A program made the translations under genes and the position numbers. A DNA stretch of 64,000 nucleotides from an uncultured Rikenellaceae bacterium (GTDB lineage Bacteria; Bacteroidota; Bacteroidia; Bacteroidales; VadinHA17). Positions within the stretch are counted from its first letter, which is position 1. Every line of letters begins with the position of its first letter. A model generated the notes under the pieces. The model was given only the letters and a program-made list of their open reading frames with translations. It searched no databases and was not told the origin of the DNA. The DNA is taken from positions 2,400 through 66,399 of the forward strand of contig CAZWZQ010000006.1 in assembly GCA_964638955.1 (NCBI GenBank). The letters run 5' to 3'. Shown here one piece after another: positions 17,013 to 25,084 of this stretch.

Positions 17013-18167
17013 TTACTCTGCTGTTATGGATTCATAATAATCGTTTATGATGCCACTGATCAGCGGTTTATAATAGAGCCAGAAGAATCTGCGTAAGTCA
17101 TCCGGTTTTTTCGTATATATTATACCTTTAAGTTTTTCCACTCCCCGTAACCTTGATGTCCACATGGGAAGATCTGTGGAAGTGAAGTCGCCTGAGAAAT
17201 AATAGGTTCTCTGAGTTTTGGGTTCCTGGATAACTGCCGGGAACATTTTTGTGAGTCCATATTCAAGCAATGCAGAATCGCCGATTTCTGTCGTATTCAG
17301 TTTAAAATGTGAGATCACGTTATTTGCCAGCGGGTCAACAATATCGAACCATTCACCGAAATTTATTGATCCCGGCAGGTTATATTTTGCACAATAAGTT
17401 GTATCAGTAACGATCTGGACCGGTTGGTTGTTAACATGAGTCCCTTCCTCAAGAACTATGATTGATTTATCTCTGAGAAGTACTATACCCGGTTTAGTGA
17501 ACGTCCAGGGTTTTTTGTCCTGTTTTCGGTACATAGCTGTCATCCATATAGGGAAGTCTTCGTTCAGAGTATCAAGAGATGTGAAGTATTTTCCTGTCCA
17601 ACCCGTATATTTAATCTCAAGTCTCTCCTGAATCCTATACGCTTCGTATGCCGGTGTGGGGTATTCAAAATTGTTATATTCAAGCAGGATAAGTTTATCC
17701 CTGTCCTTCATCTCCTTTATGAGGAAGTTATCGTTGCTGTTAAGCCCGCCATATAATTTTCTTGACCGGCGGCTCTTACTTATTCCCTGATACCAATCGT
17801 TAAAAAATACTCCGTATGTATCGGTAATGTATAGAACATCAGTCTTTTCAGCAAGATCAATGACATTTGCAATACGATAATCATTCCTACCCCATAGTTT
17901 CTCTTTCTTTGGCCGTGTTGGTATAAAGCCATAATAATCTTTTTTGTAGGAGTAACTTGACTTTTTCTCTTTTTTGACAAATCTGTCATGGGTTAAAACC
18001 CAATTAAGTGATTTATGTTTTACACGTTCAAAAGTAGAGACAGTCTTGTCGACTATAATGATTTCCAAAGGCTTTTTTGTCTGGAAAGTCCAGCGAAGCA
18101 GATTTATTACCGGCAGAGCTAAAAGTACCACCAGGACAATAATAACTATAAGCAGAGGTTTTTTCAT
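17013..18167 (-). CDS. Hypothetical protein with an N-terminal membrane anchor
   Basis: 384 aa. It starts MKKPLLIVIIVLVVLLALPVINLL (signal/anchor). I recognise no family motif. Coding quality looks good: a long ORF with its own terminator. Confidence 0.6.
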   Translation of the reverse strand: MKKPLLIVIIVLVVLLALPVINLLRWTFQTKKPLEIIIVDKTVSTFERVKHKSLNWVLTHDRFVKKEKKSSYSYKKDYYGFIPTRPKKEKLWGRNDYRIANVIDLAEKTDVLYITDTYGVFFNDWYQGISKSRRSRKLYGGLNSNDNFLIKEMKDRDKLILLEYNNFEYPTPAYEAYRIQERLEIKYTGWTGKYFTSLDTLNEDFPIWMTAMYRKQDKKPWTFTKPGIVLLRDKSIIVLEEGTHVNNQPVQIVTDTTYCAKYNLPGSINFGEWFDIVDPLANNVISHFKLNTTEIGDSALLEYGLTKMFPAVIQEPKTQRTYYFSGDFTSTDLPMWTSRLRGVEKLKGIIYTKKPDDLRRFFWLYYKPLISGIINDYYESITAE

Positions 18168-18303
18168 AGCTGAATTGATATCTGAGAGTATTCAAATATT
18201 AACACTATCTAAGTACAGTGATAAAATCTCTAAATCAATTGTTAAATGTATTAATTTATTTTTTTTAAAGAAAATAAATTTCGACCAATTTAGTAAAAAT
18301 TAT

Positions 18304-18672
18304 TTAACCACAAAACTGATAATACCCGCAAGCAGTATTATAACCTCTTTTATCCGCACCTCCTTTCAATACATCATCAGGCAGAATCTGTATTGCATTT
18401 ACTTGTCCGATAGACGGCCTCAGCTTTGTCTCATGTCCCATTTGTTTCAATTCAAGCAAAGTCAGACTGTCCAGACTATTAGCCTCATAGCTTATCCAGT
18501 CGGGCTGCCACTGATGATGAAACCTTCCTGTATCAACGGCTTCACCTATGCTCATATTATGTTCAATTACATTTATTATTGCCTGAAAAACAGATGTGAG
18601 TATTGTTGAACCTCCGGGTGAACCGGCTACCAGAAAAAGTTTTCCATCTTTTTCAACAATCACGGGGGTCAT
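18304..18672 (-). pseudogene. ggt: Gamma-glutamyltransferase, C-terminal fragment only (small-subunit tail)
   Basis: 122 aa: MTPVIVEKDGKLFLVAGSPGGSTILTSVFQAIINVIEHNMSIGEAVDTGRFHHQWQPD.... By memory this matches the last ~120 residues of GGT (E. coli ...SMSPTIVVKDGKTWLVTGSPGGSRII...APRFHHQW...). The upstream frame (SYSCNHAPCLVCTAP, then a stop) has no GGT character. Confidence 0.7.
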
Positions 18673-18689
18673 AGAATAGGAGCAATTGT

Positions 18690-18717
18690 GCGCAGGGCAC
18701 AGGACGCAGGTCGCAGG
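18690..18717. repeat. Heptanucleotide tandem repeat (NCRCAGG)x4
   Basis: Units: GCGCAGG GCACAGG ACGCAGG TCGCAGG. It lies 18 nt upstream of the truncated ggt fragment. Confidence 0.9.
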
Positions 18718-18785
18718 TTAGAAAAGGGCACAAATTAAAACCTTGAAAATGGTATTTTATATTACTTTTACACAAACTTCGGTTT

Positions 18786-20084
18786 ATGCTTTCAAATCAA
18801 CCCCTTGCCGAAAGGCTTAGGCCAAAAGATCTTGATGAATTTTGCGGTCAGGATCACCTTGTCGGGAAGAATGCCGTATTAAGAAAGTTAATTGAATCCG
18901 GTAATATTCCTTCAGTTATTTTTTGGGGTCCTCCGGGAGTAGGAAAAACAACGCTTGCATCAATCATTGCACATAAGCTGAAGCGGCCATTCTTTCATCT
19001 CAGTGCGGTACATTCAGGAGTAAAAGATGTGAGAGACACGATTGAGAAAGCAAAAAAACAACAGTTCTTCAATCAGCCAAATCCTATCTTATTCATTGAT
19101 GAGATACACCGGTTCAATAAATCGCAGCAGGATTCTCTGCTGAGTGCTGTTGAGCAGGGAATAATAATCCTGATAGGTGCAACAACCGAGAATCCGTCAT
19201 TTGAGGTCATATCCCCTCTTCTGTCACGCTGCCAGGTTTATGTCATGAATCCGCTTTCGGTAAATGAGCTTTCCGGACTACTGAACAGAGCCTTGAAAAA
19301 AGATACCTATCTTGCAGAATATGAAATTGAAATAGCTGAATATGAGGCAATCATGCGTTTTTCAGGAGGAGATGCCCGGAAATTATACAATGCACTTGAG
19401 CTTGTGGTATCGTCAGAGATCGATACTTCAGGATCAGATAAAATAGTCATTACAGATGAAAAGGTACTGGCTTATGTTCAGGAGAACCTGGCGCTTTATG
19501 ATAAGAATGGTGAACAGCATTATGATATCATCTCGGCTTTTATCAAGTCATTAAGGGGAAGCGACCCTAATGCAGCCGCTTACTGGCTTGCCAGAATGGC
19601 AGAAGGAGGTGAGGATCCTAAATTCATTGCACGCCGTATGGTGATCCTCGCAGCTGAAGATATCGGCATGGCAAATCCCAATGCCCTTCTTCTTGCACAG
19701 TCCTGTTTTGATGCCGTCAATGTAATTGGCTGGCCCGAATCAAGGATAATACTTGCAGAAGTAGCTGTTTACCTTGCAACATCTCCAAAAAGCAATGCAT
19801 CATATATGGCCATTGAAAATGCTACTGAAGCTGTCCGGGAGAGCGGAGATCTTCCTGTTCCGCTACACCTGAGGAATGCACCAACAAAACTTATGAAAGA
19901 TCTCGGGTACCATAAAGATTATAAATATGCTCACAGTTATGAGGGTAATTTTGTAAAGGAGAATTACCTTCCTGAGGAAATTAATGGCTCGAAATTCTAT
20001 GATCCCGGAAATAATCCAAAGGAAGAAGAGATAAGGAAGAGGCTCAAAGAATTATGGAAAGATATTTACGATTACGAAAAATAA
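18786..20084 (+). CDS. rarA: Replication-associated recombination protein A (AAA+ ATPase)
   Basis: 432 aa. It has Walker A GPPGVGKTT and Walker B/sensor LFIDEIHRFNK, plus C-terminal MgsA motifs (HYDIISAFIKSLRGSDPNAA, LHLRNAPT). Confidence 0.95.
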   Translation: MLSNQPLAERLRPKDLDEFCGQDHLVGKNAVLRKLIESGNIPSVIFWGPPGVGKTTLASIIAHKLKRPFFHLSAVHSGVKDVRDTIEKAKKQQFFNQPNPILFIDEIHRFNKSQQDSLLSAVEQGIIILIGATTENPSFEVISPLLSRCQVYVMNPLSVNELSGLLNRALKKDTYLAEYEIEIAEYEAIMRFSGGDARKLYNALELVVSSEIDTSGSDKIVITDEKVLAYVQENLALYDKNGEQHYDIISAFIKSLRGSDPNAAAYWLARMAEGGEDPKFIARRMVILAAEDIGMANPNALLLAQSCFDAVNVIGWPESRIILAEVAVYLATSPKSNASYMAIENATEAVRESGDLPVPLHLRNAPTKLMKDLGYHKDYKYAHSYEGNFVKENYLPEEINGSKFYDPGNNPKEEEIRKRLKELWKDIYDYEK

Positions 20085-20142
20085 TAGTATTACAGAATGA
20101 TTTTTGAAAATAAGGAGATTATTTTTTTAACTTTACAATAGA

Positions 20143-20976
20143 ATGATAAAAACCGGAATAAATATTCCACTGCTGAAACACCCCGATTCCGGTAATTTCC
20201 TGTTGATTGCCGGGCCTTGTGTCGTTGAAGGTGAAGATTTGGTCTTTGAGATTGCTGAACACCTAGTTACACTGTCTGATAAATACAAGCTCCCTTTTGT
20301 TTTTAAAGCATCATACCGTAAAGCCAACAGGACAAGAATCGACTCATTCTCAGGAATCGGAGATGAAAAAGCCCTTAAAATACTTGCCGGTGTCAGGGAA
20401 AAATTCTCTGTTCCGGTAATAACTGACATTCATAATCCGGATGAGGCAGAAATAGCTGCACAGTATGTTGATGTTCTTCAAATCCCGGCTTTTCTCTGCC
20501 GTCAGACCGATCTTCTTGTTGCTGCGGCCAGAACAGACAAATGGATAAACATCAAGAAGGGGCAATTTCTGTCTGGCTCATCAATGAGGTATGCAGTTGA
20601 AAAGATAAGAGATTCAGGAAACAATAACATAATGGTAACTGACCGTGGTAATATGTATGGCTATCAGGATCTTGTTGTTGACTTCAGGAACATTCCGGAA
20701 ATGCAGAAGACAGGCGTACCTGTAATTATGGATATTACCCATTCACTTCAGCAACCCAACAGGGAATCAGGAGTATCAGGCGGTGTACCGGAGATGATTG
20801 AAACCATCGGAAAAGCAGCTATAAGTGTTGGTGCAGATGGTATTTTCATAGAGACACATCCTGATCCTTCATCTGCCCTGTCGGACGGAGCCAACATGCT
20901 GAAAATGTATGGTATGGACGACCTTTTATACAAGCTTGTTGCATTAAGAAATACCATAAAAACATTTAATTCGTAG
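20143..20976 (+). CDS. kdsA: 3-deoxy-8-phosphooctulonate (KDO-8-P) synthase
   Basis: 277 aa. Motifs: AGPCVVE, FKASYRKANRT, LQIPAFLCRQTDL, DITHSLQ. Confidence 0.95.
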   Translation: MIKTGINIPLLKHPDSGNFLLIAGPCVVEGEDLVFEIAEHLVTLSDKYKLPFVFKASYRKANRTRIDSFSGIGDEKALKILAGVREKFSVPVITDIHNPDEAEIAAQYVDVLQIPAFLCRQTDLLVAAARTDKWINIKKGQFLSGSSMRYAVEKIRDSGNNNIMVTDRGNMYGYQDLVVDFRNIPEMQKTGVPVIMDITHSLQQPNRESGVSGGVPEMIETIGKAAISVGADGIFIETHPDPSSALSDGANMLKMYGMDDLLYKLVALRNTIKTFNS

Positions 20977-21001
20977 TCTTAAATTTTAAATTTTACATTT
21001 T

Positions 21002-21706
21002 ATGAAAAAAATTCTTCTGATCACAACATGTCTTTTTACGGCTATTGTGATAAATGCACAGTCTCTGGAAGAGATTGTAAAGAATTACTCGGCTGCCAAT
21101 AAGCTGGATCAGCTGTCAGGTAAGCAAACAATAAAGATTACTGCCAGCATGTCGATGATGGGTATGGATATGCCTATGGAGATGTGGATGAAGAAACCGA
21201 ACAAAATCAAGACTGTAACCAATATGGGAGGACAGGAAATGATACAGGTTTTTGACGGAGAAAAGGGATATGCAGTTAATCCCATGGCAGGTTCAATGGA
21301 ACCGGTAGAAATGACTGCCGAGCAGGCTAAGGATATCCAGCGTAACAATGTGTTCCACAACTACCTGGATAGTTATCTTAAGGAGGGAAAACTCACTCTT
21401 GAAGGAGAGGATAATGTTAATGGAAAGCCGGCCTATAAGATAAAAGCAGATCTCGAAGGAGGATCCACAGCATACTTGTTTATCGATAAGAGTTCCTATC
21501 TTCTTTTAAAGACAACCACAGATGTAACCCAGGGAGGAATGGCAATGACTGTTGAAGCCATACCATCGGATTATACTGATAATAACGGAGTTTTTCTTCC
21601 AATGAAGACTACAACAATGGTGAGCGGGATGGAAATCATTACAACATTCAATAAAGTTGAGGTTGATATACCCATTGATGATAGTGTATTTACTATAAAA
21701 CAGTAG
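21002..21706 (+). CDS. Hypothetical secreted protein, LolA-like/outer-membrane lipoprotein-sorting-like
   Basis: 234 aa. It has a signal peptide MKKILLITTCLFTAIVINAQS and a Met-rich segment MSMMGMDMPMEMWM. The fold assignment is tentative. Confidence 0.55.
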   Translation: MKKILLITTCLFTAIVINAQSLEEIVKNYSAANKLDQLSGKQTIKITASMSMMGMDMPMEMWMKKPNKIKTVTNMGGQEMIQVFDGEKGYAVNPMAGSMEPVEMTAEQAKDIQRNNVFHNYLDSYLKEGKLTLEGEDNVNGKPAYKIKADLEGGSTAYLFIDKSSYLLLKTTTDVTQGGMAMTVEAIPSDYTDNNGVFLPMKTTTMVSGMEIITTFNKVEVDIPIDDSVFTIKQ

Positions 21707-21740
21707 TGACGTTGGATTCAACGTCACTACGTTTTCTTTT
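21703..21740. terminator. Bidirectional intrinsic terminator shared by the 21002-21706 gene and rnpB
   Basis: An 11-bp stem GTAGTGACGTT/AACGTCACTAC with loop GGATTC is followed by GTTTTCTTTT on the + strand. The minus strand has TGTTTT after the stem. Confidence 0.75.
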
Positions 21741-22105
21741 GCAGCCGGTCTGTAAGCCGGGTTCTGTATATTTCCATCATTTACCTGGCCCTGCCATCAC
21801 TGACAGGATCGTACGACCTACCCCCCGGCATTGAACGAGCAGCCCTTGGAGCCGGTATACATGGTCTCTCAACCCATAAGGTGTACGGCTTCCTGTGTTA
21901 CCACCGGAACCGGTGAGCTCTTACCTCGCCTTTTCACCCTTTCCCCCCTGAGCGAAACTCAGAAAGGAGGTTATTTTCTGTTACACTACTATACCCTCGC
22001 GGATATCTTCCTGTTAGGAAGTATGGTGCTCTTTGTTGCCCGGACTTTCCTTCCCGATCCCGAGTACTCGGGAGGGACGATGGAACAACCTGCTGCACTG
22101 CAAAG
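21736..22105 (-). ncRNA. rnpB: RNase P RNA, bacterial type A
   Basis: The reverse complement contains GGGAAGGAAAGUCCGGGCAAC (CR-I/P4), AGGGUGAAAAGGCGAGGUAAGAGCUCACC (P10-12 region) and AUACAGAACCCGGCUUACAG (CR-V/P4). The termini CUUUGCAG and CUGCAAAAG can form P1. Confidence 0.93.
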
Positions 22106-22147
22106 TTAATAAATCTTTCTATTATGATAAAAGGATCTGAATTTGGC

Positions 22148-22155
22148 TATTTTTG
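22148..22155 (+). promoter_or_regulatory. Bacteroidota -7 promoter motif TATTTTTG (TAnnTTTG)
   Basis: Exact consensus match 136 nt upstream of the queA ATG. It implies a long leader containing the 8-mer repeat and GC-rich element copy C. Confidence 0.4.
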
Positions 22156-22171
22156 CAAAAAAAAAATAATA

Positions 22172-22211
22172 ACGGTATGACGGTACGACGGTTCGGCGGT
22201 ATGACGGTTTT
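22172..22211. repeat. Octanucleotide tandem repeat (RCGGTWYG-like)x5
   Basis: Units: ACGGTATG ACGGTACG ACGGTTCG GCGGTATG ACGGTTTT. Confidence 0.9.
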
Positions 22212-22229
22212 ATGATAATATGTATAATT

Positions 22230-22282
22230 CCCCTCCTGGGAGAGCCTGTCCCGACCGGTAGGTCGGGAGGACAGGGGTGGGT
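22230..22282 (+). repeat. GC-rich structured intergenic element, copy C
   Basis: Sequence: CCCCTCCTGGGAGAGCCTGTCCCGACCGGTAGGTCGGGAGGACAGGGGTGGGT. It has an 8-bp hairpin TCCCGACC-GGTA-GGTCGGGA (22249-22268) extended by CCTG/CAGG. It ends 8 nt before the queA ATG. Confidence 0.7.
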
Positions 22283-22290
22283 AATAAAAT

Positions 22291-23505
22291 ATGAAAATTT
22301 TTCCTGATATAAATATTAATGATTTTGATTATGATCTGCCTGAAGAGAGGATAGCTCAGTATCCGGTCAGGGAAAGAGATGGTTCAAAATTACTTATATA
22401 TAATAAAGGCATCATATCCGGTGATCTGTTCAGGAATATTTACCGTTACCTGCCTTCTGATTCCCTGATGGTGTTCAACAATACCAGGGTTATCAGGGCA
22501 CGTATCATCTTCAGGAAAGAGACAGGAGCAAATATCGAGGTCTTTTGTCTTGAGCCGCTGTCACCATGTGATTATGAACGGTCGTTCACTTCGGGAAGCC
22601 CTGTGGAGTGGAAATGCATTATCGGAAATCTTAAGAAATGGAAGAACAGCTTAATTAGTTGCTCATTTGTGCACAGGGAAAAACATTATACCCTTTCTGC
22701 TTCGAAGATAAAAGCTGAAGGTGAAGCCTGGCGGATACTATTCACCTGGGATTCTCCTGAAATAAGCTTTGGAGAGGTAATTGAGGCTACAGGACATATT
22801 CCTCTCCCACCCTATGTGAAGCGGGAAGAGGAGGATGAGGATTATATACGATACCAGACAATTTATTCAAAAATAAATGGTTCCGTTGCCTCACCCACGG
22901 CAGGATTACATTTTACTGAATCAGTACTTGAAGAGATCCGAAAGAAGGGTATCCGTAAGACTGATTTGACACTTCATGTCGGAGCTGGCACGTTCCGACC
23001 CGTAAAAACAAAAGATATTACACTTCATGAGATGCACTGCGAACATTTTATCATAAGTAAGGAACTCATTGAAACCCTGTTATCACATCAGGGCAGGATC
23101 ATTGCTGTAGGAACAACAAGTGTCAGGGCTCTGGAATCACTTTACTGGATGGGAGTACAGATAATCTGTAAATCCGAAAATAAAAGTGATGATTTCTTCG
23201 TTGATCAGTGGGAACCTTATAACCAGGAGAAGGAATACGCTTTACCTGAATCCCTTGAATCAATTCTTAACTTAATGAATAGAAGAAAAACCCGGTTTTT
23301 CCGGGCTTCTACCAGGATAATGATAATTCCCGGTTACAGATTTCATGTGATCAACGGTATGATTACCAACTTTCATATGCCTAAAAGTACTCTACTCCTC
23401 CTTGTATCAACATGGACCGGAGATGACTGGAAAATGATCTACAGGAATGCTTTGGAAAACGATTACAGATTCCTCAGTTATGGGGACAGTTCATTGCTGC
23501 TGTGA
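22291..23505 (+). CDS. queA: S-adenosylmethionine:tRNA ribosyltransferase-isomerase
   Basis: 404 aa. Motifs: FDYDLPEERIAQYP, GHIPLPPYVKR, YQTIYS, VASPTAGLHFT, GTTSVRALES, MPKSTLLLLV. It is longer than E. coli QueA because of an internal insertion. Confidence 0.93.
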   Translation: MKIFPDININDFDYDLPEERIAQYPVRERDGSKLLIYNKGIISGDLFRNIYRYLPSDSLMVFNNTRVIRARIIFRKETGANIEVFCLEPLSPCDYERSFTSGSPVEWKCIIGNLKKWKNSLISCSFVHREKHYTLSASKIKAEGEAWRILFTWDSPEISFGEVIEATGHIPLPPYVKREEEDEDYIRYQTIYSKINGSVASPTAGLHFTESVLEEIRKKGIRKTDLTLHVGAGTFRPVKTKDITLHEMHCEHFIISKELIETLLSHQGRIIAVGTTSVRALESLYWMGVQIICKSENKSDDFFVDQWEPYNQEKEYALPESLESILNLMNRRKTRFFRASTRIMIIPGYRFHVINGMITNFHMPKSTLLLLVSTWTGDDWKMIYRNALENDYRFLSYGDSSLLL

Positions 23506-23552
23506 AACATGATCACATCTTGCAAGTTGACCCTCTGAATGATATAAAGATT

Positions 23553-23560
23553 TACCTTTG
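23553..23560 (+). promoter_or_regulatory. Bacteroidota -7 promoter motif TACCTTTG
   Basis: Exact TAnnTTTG match 44 nt upstream of the ATG at 23604. Confidence 0.4.
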
Positions 23561-23603
23561 CATTTAAACTGTTTTTTTGTTTATTTGCGAAAAATTTTCA
23601 GGC

Positions 23604-23837
23604 ATGGACAGTAATATTGTTGTGAAGCAGATGCAGGCAATCATGAGGTTTTTAATGTCATTGTTTTACATTGGTACCGGAATATTCCTTCTTTTCTTTG
23701 CTGATAATTTTCAGATTGATAAAGCTTTGCGCAATATAGTCGGCGCAGCTTTTCTTTTTTATGGCATATACAGGATTTACACTTCTTTTATAACACTTTT
23801 TAAACTGTTTTTCAGAAGGGATGAAGGTGAGGATTAA
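23604..23837 (+). CDS. Small hypothetical membrane protein
   Basis: 77 aa from the ATG (MDSNIVVKQMQAIMRFLMSLFYIGTGIFLLFFA...). It has two predicted TM helices. The track start at 23577 is a TTG and lies too close to the -7 motif. Confidence 0.45.
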   Translation: MDSNIVVKQMQAIMRFLMSLFYIGTGIFLLFFADNFQIDKALRNIVGAAFLFYGIYRIYTSFITLFKLFFRRDEGED

Positions 23838-23914
23838 TACTGTTGTTCCTGAGTCCGCTTTGTCCTGGCACATACTTTGCAGTACTAATAAGTGGATAAG
23901 ATAAAAATAAGGTT

Positions 23915-24949
23915 ATGAGAGTTGCGCTTTTTATACAAAAAATTACTAATATTACGTGCCGTAAAATGTTTATCATCAACAGGATTAAAGTGGCCGGATC
24001 GTACAATCATTTTATTAATTCAGGATTTCGTATTCTTATTGCGGTTTTCCTGATTTCCCTCATCTCATGTCAGGGTAACACTACAAGGCTGGATGAATCA
24101 CCAACCAGGGGAGACATAAGGATAATTGCAGATGAATCATTTCAACCTCTTATTGATACGGAGGTTAAAACATTCACCAGTCTTTACATTAATGCAAAGA
24201 TTAAGCCCCTTTATAAACCTGAATATGATGTTATAAATGATTTCATGAATGATTCAGTAAAGGTGATTGTAACAAGCAAAAAACTTACTGAAGACCAGAT
24301 TCAGTATCTGCGTGATTCTCTTATTATTGCCCGCACAACCGCGTTTGCATGGGATGCAATTGCACTGGTAACGAACAAGGAAAATAACGATACGCTTTTA
24401 AATTATGAAGATATCAGGGATATTTTTCTTGGAAACATAACCAGGTGGAATGGACTGGATCAAAGATCAAAGCTTGGAGATATCAGGGTAATTTTTGACA
24501 ATACGAAATCAGGTAACATAAGATATTTTAAAGAGCTGTTTGAAATTGAAAATGCACTGCCTGATTATTTTTATGCTGTCAAGAACAACCCTGAGGTAAT
24601 AGATTTCGTTTCAAAAAATAAAGATGCACTTGGTATTGTGAGTGTTAACTGGATTAGCGACAGAGATGATTCACTGAGTATGAGTTTTATCAAAAAGGTA
24701 AATATTGTTGGAGTATCAGAGAGATTTAGCAGTGACGGTACATATTACAGACCGGATCAGGGGTCTATTTATCTCAAATCATATCCTTTTGTAAGGGAGA
24801 TATTTTTTATTTCAAGGGAGACTTTTCACGGACTGGGTGCAGGATTGATCCAGTGGTCAACTGCTGAACAGGGACAAAGGATAGTACTTAAATCGGGACT
24901 CGTTCCGGCAACAATGCCAATCAGGCTCGTACAGATAAAAACGGAATAA
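23915..24949 (+). CDS. PstS-family periplasmic substrate-binding lipoprotein (PBP-like)
   Basis: It has a lipoprotein signal ...LISLISC and a PBP-like domain (GDIRIIADESFQPLIDTE..., ...ALGIVSVNWI...). There is an alternative ATG at 23966 (MFIINRIK...). Confidence 0.7.
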   Translation: MRVALFIQKITNITCRKMFIINRIKVAGSYNHFINSGFRILIAVFLISLISCQGNTTRLDESPTRGDIRIIADESFQPLIDTEVKTFTSLYINAKIKPLYKPEYDVINDFMNDSVKVIVTSKKLTEDQIQYLRDSLIIARTTAFAWDAIALVTNKENNDTLLNYEDIRDIFLGNITRWNGLDQRSKLGDIRVIFDNTKSGNIRYFKELFEIENALPDYFYAVKNNPEVIDFVSKNKDALGIVSVNWISDRDDSLSMSFIKKVNIVGVSERFSSDGTYYRPDQGSIYLKSYPFVREIFFISRETFHGLGAGLIQWSTAEQGQRIVLKSGLVPATMPIRLVQIKTE

Positions 24950-24952
24950 CGG

Positions 24953-24966
24953 ACAGCGTACAGCGT
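24953..24966. repeat. Heptanucleotide repeat (ACAGCGT)x2
   Basis: Two perfect units immediately after the PstS-like gene stop, in the same position class as the other short repeats. Confidence 0.5.
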
Positions 24967-25084
24967 AAAGTGTTTAAAAGTAGAAAGAAAACAAGGAATA
25001 ATTAAGAAGTAAAAAGGGAAAAAGAGACAAAGTTTTGTCAGAAACAAAAAATTTGTATAATTGACTTCAAATAAATTAATAATT

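Noticed and set aside
17974-18609. 211-aa + strand ORF bridging the 17013-18167 gene start, the spacer and the ggt remnant
   Set aside because: It overlaps two minus-strand coding regions and an AT-rich spacer. The composition is Ile/Ser/Phe-rich and it has a TTG-type start, so it is most likely spurious.
21831-22109. 92-aa + strand ORF in the track
   Set aside because: It lies entirely within, and antisense to, the RNase P RNA gene, whose conserved CR-I, P10-12 and CR-V sequences are unambiguous. Its peptide has no recognisable features.
7735-22211. Short tandem repeats considered as CRISPR arrays
   Set aside because: The units are 6-8 nt and directly abutting with no spacers, there are at most 5 units, and no cas genes are present. 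They are microsatellite-like, not CRISPR.
22177-22215. uORF MTVRRFGGMTVL encoded by the 8-mer repeat tract
   Set aside because: The reading frame is a by-product of the ATG-containing repeat unit. There is no independent evidence of translation, so it is kept only as a note under the queA leader finding.
22156-22290. preQ1 or other riboswitch in the queA leader
   Set aside because: I could not see the preQ1-I/II consensus or any other riboswitch core I know. The structured part is the generic GC-rich element, which also occurs downstream of unrelated genes.
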